From the human T2T-CHM13v2.0 reference genome, Homo sapiens: a stretch of 64,000 nt of DNA. A program made the position numbers and the translations under genes. The notes beneath the pieces were generated by a model. It was given only the letters and a program-made list of their open reading frames with translations. It ran no database searches and had not been told where the DNA came from. The stretch lies in assembly GCF_009914755.1 (NCBI RefSeq), contig NC_060934.1, one strand, 5' to 3'. This document shows positions 30,484 to 45,400 of the stretch, one piece after another (the first letter of the stretch is position 1; each line of letters starts with the position of its first letter).

Positions 30484-32374
30484 CCTGTATCTGATTCTGT
30501 GGAAAAAAATGATATTGTATATAGAAAGGAGATGAAGCATGAGTTAGTTACAAGATAAAATAAAGGAAGAGGAGGATGAACAGAAGAATGGAAATAAAGT
30601 GGGAGCAAAAGGAGAAAATGCTTAGCAGGAGCAGATGTTAGTTACTAAAGTGTCAGCAAAGTACAGTCAGGGATCTTTGCTGCATGAACTCTGCTTTCAT
30701 TCATTCTTCAGAAAAAATTTACAGGAAACTCAAGGTATTAGAATTTCATTAAGGATGACTTTCTTTCTATTTCATTTCTTCCTTCATTGATGCTATTAAT
30801 GTTATCATTAAATTGAAAATAAAATATATTTCCACCCTATTAGACTTGTTTTAATGTTTCCTAGACACAGTCTTTGAATATTTGATGATAAGAAATAAAT
30901 AAGTGCTATCTGGAGAGATTTTCCTCAAAATGAAGAAAATGGCAGGGGTATATTTATAATTATGAAGACATGCCCAATATAATTTAAATATCCAAGAGAG
31001 GTATAATTTTATAATTCTATATGATGAGGAGTTATTAGAAATAATTATCCCTTTAATAATCACTAGTTATTTTATGGAGATGGATTGAGAAATTTATCTG
31101 GAGGATTTGCTTTAAAATGGCCAGATTCAAAGCAGCTATAAAATGATTTTTGGAGGCTAGTTGCAATTGGAGCTCATTCAACCAGTCCATTTCCATTATA
31201 ATGAGATTTGTTTTTAAGTAAGGTGGGGAGGAAAAGGACCTGTTACCATAAGTCACCTGATCCAGCAATTGCCTATTGTTCAATGGTGCATTATTATCTA
31301 TGGTAAAGCCTAAAGGGTTTTGGTGAGACTGCTTTGAAGTAGATATCTAAGGAGGCACAATGATCTCAGTGTCCCTTCTCTCCACCCAATCTTATATTTA
31401 GCTTATTTTCTGCCTACCTACTCATTTTCCATTGAAGAATAAAAAGAAATGTGTTTGTTAAGTGACTAGACAAGGAACAGAATTGACTCATAGATGGTAG
31501 TTGAAGGTACACAAAGATTTTTGAGCTTTAACTCAGTTAGCAAATTAGGGATTTTTCCAAAGAGGAGCTGGCAAAATAAAGTACAGCCCGAGGAAACTGG
31601 AAAGCAGCTTGTATGGGCTGTTTGAGTCTCAACTATGGAAAAGCACATTTTTCCTTCTACCAAAACCAAAGAAGTATATTTTGGAGATTCCACCATAGCT
31701 TCTGAATGTCACATCATTTGGTGCTGAGATTCACTGTCACATATCAAATTACAATTGCTCAACTGACTGCACTGGTAATTAAACCATGGGGGAAGTCAAA
31801 ATTCTAGAGCACACAACAGGAAGATATCATGGCTTCCACTAAGATTTTTTAAATGCGAGCTATGACCAAGAGGAGTTTTACGACTGTTTTCTCTGCTGTT
31901 AATTTCTGCTTTCTCTCAACAGTCTTTTACCCATCCTCTGTGCAAGGTGAGATTGCCATCCACCAGGGCAATGCAGTAGACATATGAGTTAAAAAGAATA
32001 AAGTACAAAGAAGAAAGATGAGGACAAAGGCAGAAGGAATCTGCATATGCATTATAAGCATTTTCAATTATTTCCATCATGGGCATGCATTCCTGTTTTG
32101 TAATGATTTTCGGAAATTTGAGTGTAAATTCTTTTGATAAAGTTAAATCCTATTTTAACTAGTGTCATAGTTCAATGAAGAGAATGCTTGGAAATCCCGG
32201 AAGTCATGTTTAATGGATGTTACTAATAAATATCCAGAAACAACTGAGACAAATTTTCATATTAAGGGAGGGGTAATGTGTAGCAAGAAAATGGAGGAGT
32301 TATAGAGGCCATTGAGTTCAACAATAAAATGCAAATAGAATCTCATTTGTCTCCAAACTCCTCGAGGGTAGGAA

Positions 32375-33061
32375 TGTTACAGGTAGTTAGATAGGCATGA
32401 GCAGGGTAGGAGAGGGCTCTTCTCCCCCACCCACTGGAAATGTCAGGTGATGGATCAACAATTATCACACTGCCTCTCTAAAAATGATAATTCCGCAGAA
32501 GTGCCAGGGTGCCAGGGAAAGAAAATCTCCTGATGTTCCACAGCTGTTAAAATTAAAGTGTTAATTGAGTGCAGATGCCAGGGAGAAGCAACTTCCTGGA
32601 CATATGTGTTAAGAGACAAAATGGCAAAGTATGATATTCCAGGGACGCTCCACCAGAAAAGGGAAGAAAGCCTCGGGCGTGTGTACAACGTCCTAAACAC
32701 ACTGCGCATGCTCACTTCCTAAGGGTGAGCAGGGCATTGTGCATGCAGGCAGCCCACACTACTAGAAAAATCATAGGAAAAGGGTGCAAGATAGAAGCCT
32801 ATAAAATCCTAGAATCATGGTTAAACACCACACTTGACATTCAGGTGCTCACTTGGGTCTCTTCCAAGTGAATTTTCCTTTCTTTCCTGTTCTAAAGCCT
32901 TTTAAAATAAACTTCCACTCCTGTTCTGAAACTCACCTTGGTCTCTTCTTCTGCCTTATGCCCCTCAGTTGAATCCTTTCTTCTGAGGAGGCAAAAATTG
33001 AAGTTGCTGCAGACCTGTATGGATATGCTGCTGGTAACTCTGATACCTTCCACTGGTAACA
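32375..33061 (+). mobile_element. Solo ERV1 LTR (MER50/LTR9-like)
   Basis: TGTTACAGG...CTGGTAACA termini, 4-bp TSD GGAA, TATAAAA near 32800 and AATAAA near 32906. Confidence 0.88.
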
Positions 33062-34212
33062 GGAACAGTTTTATCACTGCATCCCAAACCTATCCCCAAA
33101 TTTAGCATCGAGAGGGCACCAATAACTGTCTGTCGAATAAAGTAATCACTGCATATCGAATTAATTACACACATTTCTATGTACATTATTCCAAAATATC
33201 AGGTATCTTACCTAACTTTAGCGGGTTTTTTAATAGATAATAAAGGCAATAAATATCTCCTCTCAAACGGTATCTTTATTTTCTCCTGCATATACTTACT
33301 GGGGTATATATATGAGTACATGAACATAAAGTATAAAAGTTTTAGCTAAACGAGAAAAGAGTAAATGAATTGATAGCCAATGGTTACAAATATTTAACAG
33401 ATTTATAGCAAATGAATGAGTCAATGAAGACTTGTCCCAAAGGTTCTTGTTTGAGGCTTTGTAATAGGTATGATGATAAATCCTAGCTCAGTTCTACTTC
33501 ATATTTGCCCTCCTTCTCTCCTTCATTGTGAAGGCCTGGATTGAGGTAGTTCTTAGTCCTCTCTGCTCCTGCTCCCAGAAACCAATAGAACCTTGTATAA
33601 TACAGCAACATATTCATCAGTTTTTTTTCTTAATCATCTTTGTTCCCAGGAAACAGTCACAAAAAGAAAAGAAAGAAAGAAGAGGAAGAGAAAGGAGAAG
33701 AAAACAAATCAGGTTCGAAGTTATTTGTTGATATTTCATATCTAAGAGGGGCAGAGTTTGCATAAAAGCAGTAGGAAAGAATTTGCATATAGATGAAAAT
33801 AGCTTGTTGAAGTTGTGATGTAGAAGATGCTACTGAGTCACCTAAGAATTCAGCTATTAAAAAAATTATAGCAAAGCATGGCCAAAGAAAACAAATCATT
33901 CAGATAATAAAGTGACAGATGTATCTGGTTAAAAGTTAGTTAAAAAGCACTTCTAAAGTTTATATAATGGATTTAGCGTTGGTGATTTATTCATGGCTGC
34001 TTAAGGCACTTCATTCTTCCGATTCCACTAAAGGGTAAGCAGAAGTGAGGGTCAAATTATTTTACAGTCAGAGTGACCTAAATATTGATCATTAAAAATG
34101 GATGTCAGCTCATTGTACTGGAGTCACATCCTGGGGGCTGTTAGGCTTTGGCCCTCACAGCAGTCTGGGGTTGATCTCGCGGATTTGGCTATTTTTAAAG
34201 AATGTGGCTTTG

Positions 34213-34860
34213 GAGTCGTGTGGCACTTAAAGACAAGATACTTTCTGAGAAATGCGTTGTTAGGCTATTTTGTCATTGTGTGAACATCATAGAGTCCACT
34301 CACACAACTTACATGGCATACCCTACCACACATCTAGATTCATGGCTTAGCCTCTTGCTCTAGCCTATAAATCGGTACAGCATGTTACTATACTGAATAT
34401 TGTATACAATTGTAATGCAATCATGTTTGTCCCCAAACATATCTAAACACAGAAATGGTATAGCAAAAATATGGTATAAAAGATAAAAAATAAAAAGGTA
34501 AACCGTGTAGGGAACTTACTATGATGTAGCTTGCAGAACTGAAAATTGGTCTGGGTGAGTCAATGAGCGAGTGAGTGGTGAGTGAGTGAGCGGTGAGTGA
34601 GTGGTGAGTAAGTGGTAAGTGAATGTGAAGGACTAGGATATTACTGTATATTACTGTACATTACTGTAGACTTTATAAACACTGTACAGTTAGGCTACAA
34701 TAAATTTATTTACAGAAAACAAAATAACTGCACTATGACATTACAATGCCTATGTCACTAGGCAATAGAAATTGTGCTGTTCTGTTATTATCTTATGGGA
34801 CCACCATCATATATGCGATCTGTCCTTGACCTATATTTCATTATGCAGTACATGACTATA
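34213..34860 (+). mobile_element. Tigger3-family DNA transposon fossil
   Basis: ttctgagaaatgcgttgttagg...gtgagtgagtggtgagt...cttatgggaccaccatc...catgactata. Confidence 0.85.
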
Positions 34861-35094
34861 TTTTAATATTTAAAATACAAAATATTCATGATTTTTCATG
34901 ACTGAACACCAGTCCCTTGAGATCATACTACATATGTTAAACAGATGAGAAAATGGGCCCACATAAGATACTGTTAGGCATTTCACAGCAAACAATGAGA
35001 ACATTTTTTTCTGTTTTTTTGTGTGACAGAGGATTTTATATTGTATATTATGGGGAAAAAAAAGAGCATTACAGTTTGAAAGATTTATAGCCTG

Positions 35095-35660
35095 TGTGAT
35101 GGTTAATATTTAGTGTCAACTTGATTGGATTGAGGGATGCCTAGATAGCTGGTAAAGTATTGCTTCTGTGTGTGTTTGTGATAATGTTGCCAGAAAAGAC
35201 TGACATTTGAGTCAGTGGACTAGGAAAGGAAGATGTACCCTCATTGTGGGTGGGCACCATCCAATCACTGTCAGCATGGGTAGAAAAAGGCAAGGTGGAC
35301 GAAGGTGGGATGTTTACTTGCCTAATCTTCTGGCTCTCTTTGCTCTTCCTGTGCTGAACACTTACTTCTGCTCCTCCTGCCCTCGGATCTCAGACTACAG
35401 GTTCTTTGGGACCTGGAATCTGGGACTTGTATCAGCAGCTTCCCAAGGGCTCTCGGGCCTTCAGCCATGGTCACTGTTGGCTTCCAGTTTTGAGGCTTTC
35501 AAATTTGCACTGAGCCACTACTGGCTTCTCTCTTTCCCAAGCTTGCAGATGGCTTATCCTGCCTTGCCTTGTAATTCTGTGAGCCAATTCTCCCTAATCA
35601 ACTCCCTTTTATATATACATATATCCTATTGGTTCTGTCCCTCTGGAGAACCCTGACTAC
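35095..35660 (+). mobile_element. MLT2 (ERVL) solo LTR, MLT2B-like
   Basis: TGTGATGGTTAATATT...GTCAACTTGATTGGATTGAGGGATGCC start and GGTTCTGTCCCTCTGGAGAACCCTGACT end. Confidence 0.88.
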
Positions 35661-35780
35661 TGAAATTGTCATTAACTAAACAGATTTGCAGAGGTCATGT
35701 TTGCAAGGATTAGCTGTGGGTTGGTGATAGCATTTTCTTTTGACATACTACATTTCAGATTAGCTGGATATGTTGAGTTA

Positions 35781-36093
<313 letters not shown>

Positions 36094-37159
36094 CTAGGGG
36101 GAAAGGTTATACAGAAACCTAGGACTCAGGTATTCCAACTCCTGAGTCCTAGGGTGTTTGAATACATGGAGTGAGTAATGTGAAGAACAATTAGCAAAGA
36201 CCAAGAAGGAGAAGTCAAAAAGTCCAGGAGAAGAAACAAGGCATGTGGTAACAGGGGAGCAAGTATAAAAAGTATTTCATGGAGTGATTGGGTCATATGG
36301 TACTAAGAGTTAAAATGACCTTATAATATATTATCCAAATCTGGATGCATTGCAGAATGAAAGCAGCAGCTATAAATAATTAAAACAGGACAATAGACAG
36401 AGATATGATTGTCCCAGGAAAAGTATAGGATGTATACTCAAACTATTCATAGGCCAGTGTAGATAGTCTAAGAATTAATTGTTAGATTCAGTAAAGTGGT
36501 GGCCATAAATATCCATCAGAAAAGTGATTTCAGAGATTGGCGATGATTGGAGAATGCTGAAGAGAAAACAGAAGTAGGTAAAAATTGGAGGACAGTGAAT
36601 ACAGACAATTGTCTCAACACATCAAAGGAAGGAGACAGAATAATGATAGTATGGTCAAGGAAGACAAAAGAGGAGTGCTTTTTTGTGTGTATATGTGTAT
36701 ATGCTTGTGTGTGAGTGTGTGTGTGTTTAATAAGAAAAATAGTAAGTCATTATTCTTATCTTCCTACTGGGCAGGCACTACAACCATACCATAAAGCAAT
36801 CTGTGTCCAGGACAGGAAGCATCCAAGTGAAAATCCTTCATTGGCTTCAGATGGATGGTGGCCCATATTTTACAGACGGATGCTTTAATGCTGTGAGCCT
36901 GTGCAGTGTCATTTGGAATATTTTGTTACATCTAGAAGTAGAATTTAGCACCTTGATGATATTAAAGTTCCCAGTCTCTTCAAGACCTAAGATGCTATTC
37001 GTCTGACATGAGAACTTACTCCAATAACAGTAAAATCCACCAGCAAGACTAACTGAATAAATCAGGAAAGGCTTGCCAGACAACGTACCCTAAATTCTAG
37101 ATACCAGAGTGTTAGACATGCAAAGGAGGCAGAATCACAGACCATGAATAGGCACTGTC

Positions 37160-37370
37160 ACCCAATAGCATAGACTTGAATCCTGTCTTTAACATTATAT
37201 GGCTATGTGACCTAAGGCAAGTTCAAATCTCTCTCTGATTCAATTTTCTGAGCTATAAAATAGAAATACAACAACAAGAAGACACCTACTTGTATTTGTT
37301 GTGAGCATTAAAAGAGTTAATACCCATTAAGTGTTTGGAACAATATCTGGCACAGAATAAATGTTCAAAT
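37160..37370 (+). mobile_element. MIR
   Basis: ttgaatcctgtc...gctatgtgacctaaggcaagtt...gttgtgagcattaaa core. Confidence 0.7.
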
Positions 37371-37754
37371 AGAGTGAACTACAATGATTTAAATGTTGCA
37401 CTTTGAGCAATGAATTTGGAAAGGGACCTCAGTTTTTATTATCAAAAAGCAAATAGGTTTTAATTTCTAGAAGGAATTCAAAGGCTGCTTAAATAAAACC
37501 AGTAGAACAGTGTAATGTAAATAGTTAGAGCCAAAGTGATGAAATTTGAGAAACTGCAGCACATCCTGGCTCTGCTCTCAAAAGTTGAGGAACTTTGAAT
37601 TAAAAACTCAGGTATTCTAAGTTTTAGTTTTCTTTAGGATAATATCAGATAATAATATATACTCTATAGTTTCTTTGTTGAGAAGACTATATGAGGAACC
37701 TCATATGTGGGGATATAATTACTACATATTAAATTATGCTTTCCTGTTTTCTAA

Positions 37755-39790
37755 GTTTTATTTTTATTTCTATCTTAAGTTTTGGGGTACCTGTGCAGGA
37801 TGTGCAGGTTTGTTACATAGGTAAATGTGTGCCATGGTGGTTTGCTGCACCTATCAACCTATCACCTAGGTATTGAGCCCTACATGCATTAGCTATTTTT
37901 TTCTAAAGCTCTCTCTCCCCACATCCCTCCTGCCAGCAGAACCCAGTGTTGTTCCCCTCCCTTTGTCCATGTATTCTCACTGTTTAGCTCCTACTTATGT
38001 GAGAACATGTGGTGTTTGTTTTTCTGTTCCTGGGTTAGTTTGCTGAAAATTGCTTCCAGCTCCATACATGTCACTGCAAAAGACATGATCTCATTCTTTT
38101 TTATAGCGGCATAGTATTTCATGGTGTATAACTATCACATTTTCTTTATCCAGTCTATCATTGGTGGGCATTTGGGTTGATTTCATGTCTTTGCTATTGC
38201 GAATAGTGCCACAGTGAACATACATGTGCATGTATCTTTGTAATAGAATGATTTATATTCCTTTGGGTATATACCCACTAATGGGATCACTCGGTCAAAT
38301 GGTATTTCTCGTTCTAGGTCTTTAAAGAATTGCCACACCATCTTCCACAATGGACTAATTTACATTCCCATCAACAGCATAAAAGTGTTCCTATTTCTCC
38401 CCAACCTCACCAGCATCTGTTGTTTCTTGACTTTTTAATAATCACCATTCTGACTGGCATGAGATGATATCTCATGGTGGTTTTGGTTTATATTTCTCTA
38501 ATGATCAGTGATGCTGAGGTTTTTGCCATACGTTTGTTGGCCACATAAATGTCTTCTTTTGAGAAGTGTCTGTTCAAGTCCTTTGCCCACATTTTAATGT
38601 TTTTTTCTTGTAATTTGTTTAAGTTCCTTGTAGATTTTTGATATTAGAACTTTGTCAGATGGATAGATTGCAAACATTTTAGCTCACTCTGTAGGTTGCT
38701 GTTCACTGTGATAATTTCTTTTGCTGTGCAGAATCTCTTTAGTTTAATTGGATCCCATTTGTCAATTTTTGCTTTTGTTGCAGTTGCTTTTGGTGATTTT
38801 GTCAGGAAATCTTTGCCCATACCTATGTCCTGAATGGTATTGGCTAGATTTTCTTCTAGGGTTTTTATAGTTTTGGGTTTTACATTTAAATCTTTAATCC
38901 ATATCAAGTTAATTTTTGTATAAGGTGTGAAGAAGGGGTCCAGTTTCAATTTTCTGCATATGGCTATCCAGTTCTTCCAGCACCATTTACTAAATAGGGA
39001 ATCCTTTCCCCATTGCTTGTTTTTGTCAGGTTTGTTGAAGATCAGATGGTTGTAGATGTGTGGTCTTAGAGTTCACTATTCTATTCCATTGGTGTATGTG
39101 TCTCTATTTGGACCAATTCCGTGCTGTTTTGGTTATTGTACCTTGTAGTATAAAGTCTGGTAGCATGATGCCTCCAGCTTTGTTCTTTTTGTTTAGGATT
39201 GTCTTGGCTATATGAGCTGTTTTTTGGTTCCATACGAATTTTATCTTATTTTTATTTATTTATTTATTTTTTTGAGATGGAGTCTCTCTCTGTTACCCAT
39301 GCTGGAATACAGTGTTGTGATCTCGGCTCACTGCAGGCTCCACCTCCCGGGTTCAAGTGATCTTCCCATTACAGGTGTGTGCCATCACGCCTGGCTATTT
39401 TTGTGTGTGTATTTTTAGTAGAGATGGGGTTTTACCATGTTGTTCAGGCTGGTCTCAAACTCCTGACCTCAAGTGATCTGCCTACCACAGCCCCGCAAAG
39501 TGTTACACTTATAGGCATGAGCCACCACACCCGGCCCCATACAAATTTTAAAATCGTTTAATTCTATGAAGAATATTAATGGTAGTTTAATGGGAATAGC
39601 ATTGAATCTACAAATTACTTTGGGCAGTATGGCCATTTTCGAGATTTTAATTCCTCCTGTCCATAAGCATGGAATGTTTTTACATTTATTTGTGTCCTCT
39701 CTGATTTCCTTGAGCAGTGGTTTGTAGTTCTCCTTGAAGAGGTCCTTCACTTCCCTTGTTAGCTGTATTCCAAGGTATTTAATTCTTTTT
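37755..39790 (-). mobile_element. 5'-truncated older primate L1 (L1PA8-L1PA13 range), ORF2 3' part plus 3'UTR
   Basis: ORF remnants [14 protein letters not shown]... and [23 protein letters not shown]. 3'UTR CAGGATGTGCAGGTTTGTTACATAGG. Confidence 0.9.
39238..39536 (-). mobile_element. Alu with an internal deletion, inserted in L1
   Basis: Antisense dimer. TSD CATAC(G/A)AATTTTA. Confidence 0.9.
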
Positions 39791-42700
39791 GTATGCTTTC
39801 TTGTTTTCAACTGTTTTCACCTTATCGTTTTCCCCTTATCGTTTTCCCTCCACCTCCTCTCCTACTTAAGCATATGTGAAGGCTTAATATGTGCACTACC
39901 ATCAAGGTAGGATAAAACACAAAGAACCAGGAGTCGGATGTCAACTTTTAGTTTGTTAGGGATACTTTGGTAAATTTGTAACTGTTTCTTAATGGTTGTT
40001 GTTGTTTGTTTTTAATTTTTAGGAGTCTGGTGCTTGGGAAGAAAAACTGTGATTCTTTCTGCCCTGCCTCCCAATTTTATTTATTTTAATTTTAAAATTT
40101 GGTTTTAAATATGAAGAATTAATGCTTAGAAAACAGAGTTTAAATAGAGTTTAAACAACAAACTAGTAAGTGGGGAACAAAATGCACAATTATGTAAGGA
40201 TCAATTTCTGACCTAAAGGTGAACATTTTGAGCAGTTAGAAGGAAATAAAGAATAAGAGGAAAATAAGCAGGTATTAAAAGCTGGTGGTATCTAAACAGC
40301 AGACCATCACTGTTTAGACGGTGTTCCCATCTGGACATTTTTTAAGTTGGTAGAAACCAAATAGAAATATCATTAACGTTTGACGTATCACAAAGCAGAA
40401 TTGCAGAAGATGGCCACTTACAGAGAAGCTTCATGTGCTCTCTTGTCTAAATAGCAGAATGTCAGTGCTTGGAAGATCTATGCAGGTATGAGGGTATGTG
40501 AACTTTGCATACATTCCTGCTCAAATTCTACATGCTGCAGAGGATAGGCATGAGGTTGAGCACAGTGTCCTTGGGATGCAAGTGTAGCATATGACATAAA
40601 CTAGAATGGGCCTCATAATCATAGCATCACAGCTTTTTACAAACTGTAAAGTTCACTCCTAAAAACCCGACTTTGGAGTAAGAATCCCATTTACGCTCTT
40701 TAATGGGAATAATAAAAGCACTTAGAGGTTTGTGTAAAAATAATATGCACTAATACATTGAATGACTTTAGCACAATGTCAGGCACATATGAAATGTCCA
40801 AAATGTAACAGCACTTACTCTTAAGAGAGTGAGAAAATATTATCGTTAAAATTTTCTCAAGTAAACAAAAGCAGAGTAGACCTTCCTAGCATTGGTTTTG
40901 ATCTTCTGTCTGTGACAAATTAAACTGAATTGCATTTAAAAGCAGTTTCTGAAAATACACTGTGAAGGGAATAGGTTGAAAGTGTGAATTAATAGGTATG
41001 GAAGAATTCCACAACAGACCTCTATGATTTTTCTTTTATCACCTCTATTTCCATCTGTATGTGTTTCCATCTGTACGAGTTTTCCAGAAAGTTTTGGTTG
41101 TTTATCCCAAGTACATGGCTATTATTTTGTGACAGTATAACACTCAACATTCTAAATATTTGACAATGTTCGTTCTGTTTTCCATTCCTCTCTTTTTTTG
41201 TGATATATTTGGTTGCATACATACTTACCTGCAAATTTACTTTTTTTTATATTTTAAAATATGTGATCATTTATCTAAAATAAATTCTACTTATATTTTC
41301 ATTATTAAGGAAGAAGAATTTCATTGAAGTTATGAATTATGTTGGTATCTTAAGTATTATAGAAGCTGTCTGTGAGCCCATCCCACTTAGTCATAGAGAA
41401 GGTAGTTGGTGCTTATACTTAAAGGAGAGACTTTCCTTTTAGGAAAAATATTTCTAGCCATCTAGTGACATCTACTTGGACCAAATCAAAATGCTGCCTT
41501 TGGAATAGTGAATTTAAGTCATACTAGAGAAAGTTGTCCTCAGTATGTTTGGCCTACAGTGAACAGTGTGAATATCCACAAACAAATTGAAGCTTATTAC
41601 ATAATAATTATATTCTTTATGCATTCAATACTACTACGGTGCCATCATGCACATATCAGGCACTTTGTCAGGAATTAAAGATATAAAGAAGAATACAATT
41701 TTGTTCTTGCCCTTAAGATGGAGAGACAAACAAGTCAACATGTTAGAATGTCAATTTCTTTCATCTGTTAATCTCCCAGTATAAAATGTACTTATTTATA
41801 TTTGCACTGGAAACTGTACATTTCAGGGAATTTCCTTTTAAGGGTATATAAGATATATTGAGGAAGTTTGGTCATAGAAACAGGCTCAGGAGATAATGGG
41901 GAGGTGTCTCTAATACCTGAGAGTAAGCAAAAGTTCCCTAGAGATGTCTCCTAATCTGAACCTTAAGAGTATAGTAAACAGAGCTAGCCTGACAAAGAAG
42001 AGTAGAAAGAACGTGCCCAGTACATAAGGCCATAATGATCAAAGACACAGAATCTAACAACAACGTAACAGGTAATTGAGCTGGAGAAAAACACAGGTCA
42101 GGACTGGGGAGGAAGGAACTCAAGTCATAGCAATCTTGCTTATTATGTAAACAAACTGCACTCTATCATTATTTTTAGTTGATTTTGACAGGTTAAAGTT
42201 ACACAGAATTCTGGTTTATAAAACAGATTGAAAAATAGACTTTATTTTGTTAAATTGGTGTGTGTTATAAGGAGGCACCATGTTCATCACACAAACATGT
42301 TATGTGTGGAGTGAGAGGGTCAACTTTTCTTATACTAGGTCACACGCTTGACCATGTGGGATAGATTTAAAGGAAATATGAATGTGAGCAGAGAGAACAC
42401 TAGGAGCCTCTGATTGTTGTTTAAGCAAGAAGTGATAAGGACGTGGAGTACACTGTATCCTCTACTTCTCTCATAATGAATAACTAAGTCATATAGATAC
42501 TATTTTTTTCCTTCAACATCTAAAGTATTCATTTTTTTCTGGAGAAGGTCCATCTTTAGGCCTCTAATGGTCAAGACTAAATATAAATATCTGAATCCTC
42601 ATATGATTTGTGTAAAGGCTCCTGCTCAAGGACAAACTTTGTTTGTTATCCATGACAGGAGCCATTGAAAATCCTGTTAATTTATAAGGTAAAATAAGAT

Positions 42701-44069
42701 AAATTTTAAGCATCATTGGGAAGAGAAAATAATAAATTTTAGAATCATTATATTTAATGGCTAAAACTAGGCTTGGTAACACATATAATCAAGTAATAAG
42801 CATGTTGTAACCAATTTTTAATTGTGTTTTAATGATCAATAAAGTTTGCTTTTTTCCTTGAAAAATCTGTATTATATACCTGTTTTATTACCTGCCTTAG
42901 AAAATAATCCAAGTTCACATTGCCACCCCACAATTTCTTTAGCTATGTTCAAGCATATCTAAATCCCTGAAGAAATCACAACACAGGCTCACACTACAGT
43001 TCCCCCTGCATCACTACCCTTGTCTTCACATTCTGCTTGATATAATCCTTAACAATTTATTATACTCAGTTATATTTTGTTGAATTCAGAAGTTGGTTCT
43101 TTAAGTAGTTGATTAACGAATTCATCATACCTGAAGTTCCAATCTCAAATCACATTAGTGATTACTGGAATACTTCATTTCACATAATAAATTCATGGCA
43201 TATTCTTGAAATTTACACATAAATTGATTTTCTGAATACACTATATTTTCAATGAACTCTAGAGAAAGTTGTGGCACATCCTTTGGGGAAAATAAATTAT
43301 CTCCTCTTAATTTATATAATTCATAAATTATTTTAATAAAATACCTCCCTTTTATTTCTATAAAGCCACCTATCGAGACCATTTGGTCCAGGAAATGAGA
43401 TGTCAGGTACCCACAGATTTCTATTTACAGTGGTGAGAAGATTGAAATTCGCGTCTGTTTAAAATAGGTTACTAGAAATTCCTTACCTAATCTCATTTTT
43501 ACAACTGGCTCTTTTACTTTACTCTCAACAATAGCCTACACAATGATTTTATGAAACTATGAAATTAAAATAGTTCCTAAATGTTAAGCAGTAGTTCTAA
43601 TGGAATATAATTTCATATCTTGGATAATGTTCCTTCTTCTGTCATTTTATAAGTGAATTGGAAAGATAAATTAATTGGAATGTATTCAGAGACTGTGAGA
43701 AGGCTGACAAGGAAATTATCTCCTACATGGAATAGGCAATGGAATAAAACATATTTAGCTCATGGAAGGGAAGGTTCAGAACAGACATAATAGCTCTTTA
43801 TAAATTTCTGAATAATTGTTCTCTGGGAAAAAGTAGTAAGCTCATTGTAATCCTTCAGGAACTCAGACCACAATTAGGAATTAGAAAAAAGAAAAATGAA
43901 AACTTCAGAAAAATTACTAGAGTTGCTCTAAATGGGAATAAGCTGCTTCTTGAAGTACTACACCTGTAGTCACTGGAAGTGACCAAAAGAAAAGCTAAGT
44001 AGCCACCTCTCCAGCACCTCTTATAAGAAATGAATCTTGAAGCACCCTTCTTAGATTCCAGTTCAAAGA

Positions 44070-44560
44070 GTCTGAGTATCTAGTAGATTATAGCAATGAC
44101 TATAATACCCATAGCTCCTCCTATCAAGGCATGGAGTTGATTTCCCATTAAGCACTAATTCTGGGCTTGGTCATATGACTTGGTCTAGCCAATGATGTGT
44201 TAGTAAGCAGAGGCTCAGAAAGGACTTGAGTAGTACCCATGGTACTGTGTTGCTGCTTTTGGAGCCTTCTACTGAGTGAATAAGGCCATACTACCCTGTT
44301 ACATGATGAAGTGACTACACAGAAGAGATAAACCATCCCAGCTATAGACCTCCACTACTACCAACACAATGGACCCTCGTCCAGCTGAACTGACATCTGA
44401 CCAAAAGGCATGATTGAGTCAAGAATGTCTCCAACCTCACAGATAATTCCAGACCAGTTTTCCAATCTACAGGGTTGAGGGCCAAATCGATGGTTATTCC
44501 TTTAAGGCAAAAAGATTCATAGTTGTTTGTTATGCAGCAGTAAAAAAATGACAAATATGT
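44070..44560 (+). mobile_element. MLT1-type MaLR LTR
   Basis: ctgggcttggtcatatgacttgg...agcagaggct...gttgtttgttatgcagcagtaa end. Confidence 0.7.
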
Positions 44561-45366
44561 ACAAAGTGGTACAGACCAAAAAAAGGTAATTATCTTCGGA
44601 GTGAAAAACGTCATGGAGTCCTGTGGTTCTCAGGAATTTCTTGAAAGGAAAAAGCGCATAAATGAGTTTGAAGGATGGGCAGAATATAAATAGAGGGATA
44701 ATTAGGAACTGCAAAGTAGGAAATATTATGAACAGTATGACCCAGTTGTTCTTTGATTGCAAGAATAGAAGACAACTTTGGCTAAAGATAAAGAGGAATT
44801 TGTGTGGAGACAGGGAAAATAGTTTAGAAAACCAAAGGAGAGACTAAACAAACAGTCCCTTCAAAGGGCAATGCAGTAATAGGGCAAGTATGAGACTCTT
44901 AGTGGCAAGAAGTAAACACCATTCTCTTAAGAACACTACTCCTGGTATAAATTACCTTTAATTTGCCTTTCAAAATCTGCCCTGGTATAATTGCTCCATG
45001 TTTAAACTCCTGGGAGAGGAGTTCTAACTTGCCCAAGATGATCACTCACTCAACCCTTGGCCAGAGAAGGAAAGGCACCTCAGAACTAGGAGAGGCATGT
45101 GTAACAGAGAATTGGCTCTGAAGGAAATTTAAGGAAGTGTTACCAAAGGAAAGGGGAGGGGTGCCTGAACAGCAATTCAGATGGGGTAGACTACACATGA
45201 TCAATTACAGATTAACCACAGTTAAATCATATAATAATGAATAACATGCCCAACACTGTTGTAGATTTTTGAAGTATTAACTCAACCCTTTGAAGAAGAG
45301 TACTAATATTGACCTTATTTTACAGATATGGAAAGGGAGGTTAAGTGACTTACACAAACATACGTA

Positions 45367-45369
45367 ACA

Positions 45370-45400
<31 letters not shown>
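45367..45400 (+). repeat. (CA)n microsatellite within a MIR-like fragment
   Basis: Direct reading of the sequence. Confidence 0.9.

Noticed and set aside
34552-34670. GTGAGT repeats and TTACTGTA triplication as a splice-donor cluster
   Set aside because: GTGA repeats are a normal part of Tigger3 with local slippage.
41221-41234. Minus-strand consensus donor CAG|GTAAGT
   Set aside because: No convincing partner acceptor or exon could be defined, and isolated donors are frequent by chance.
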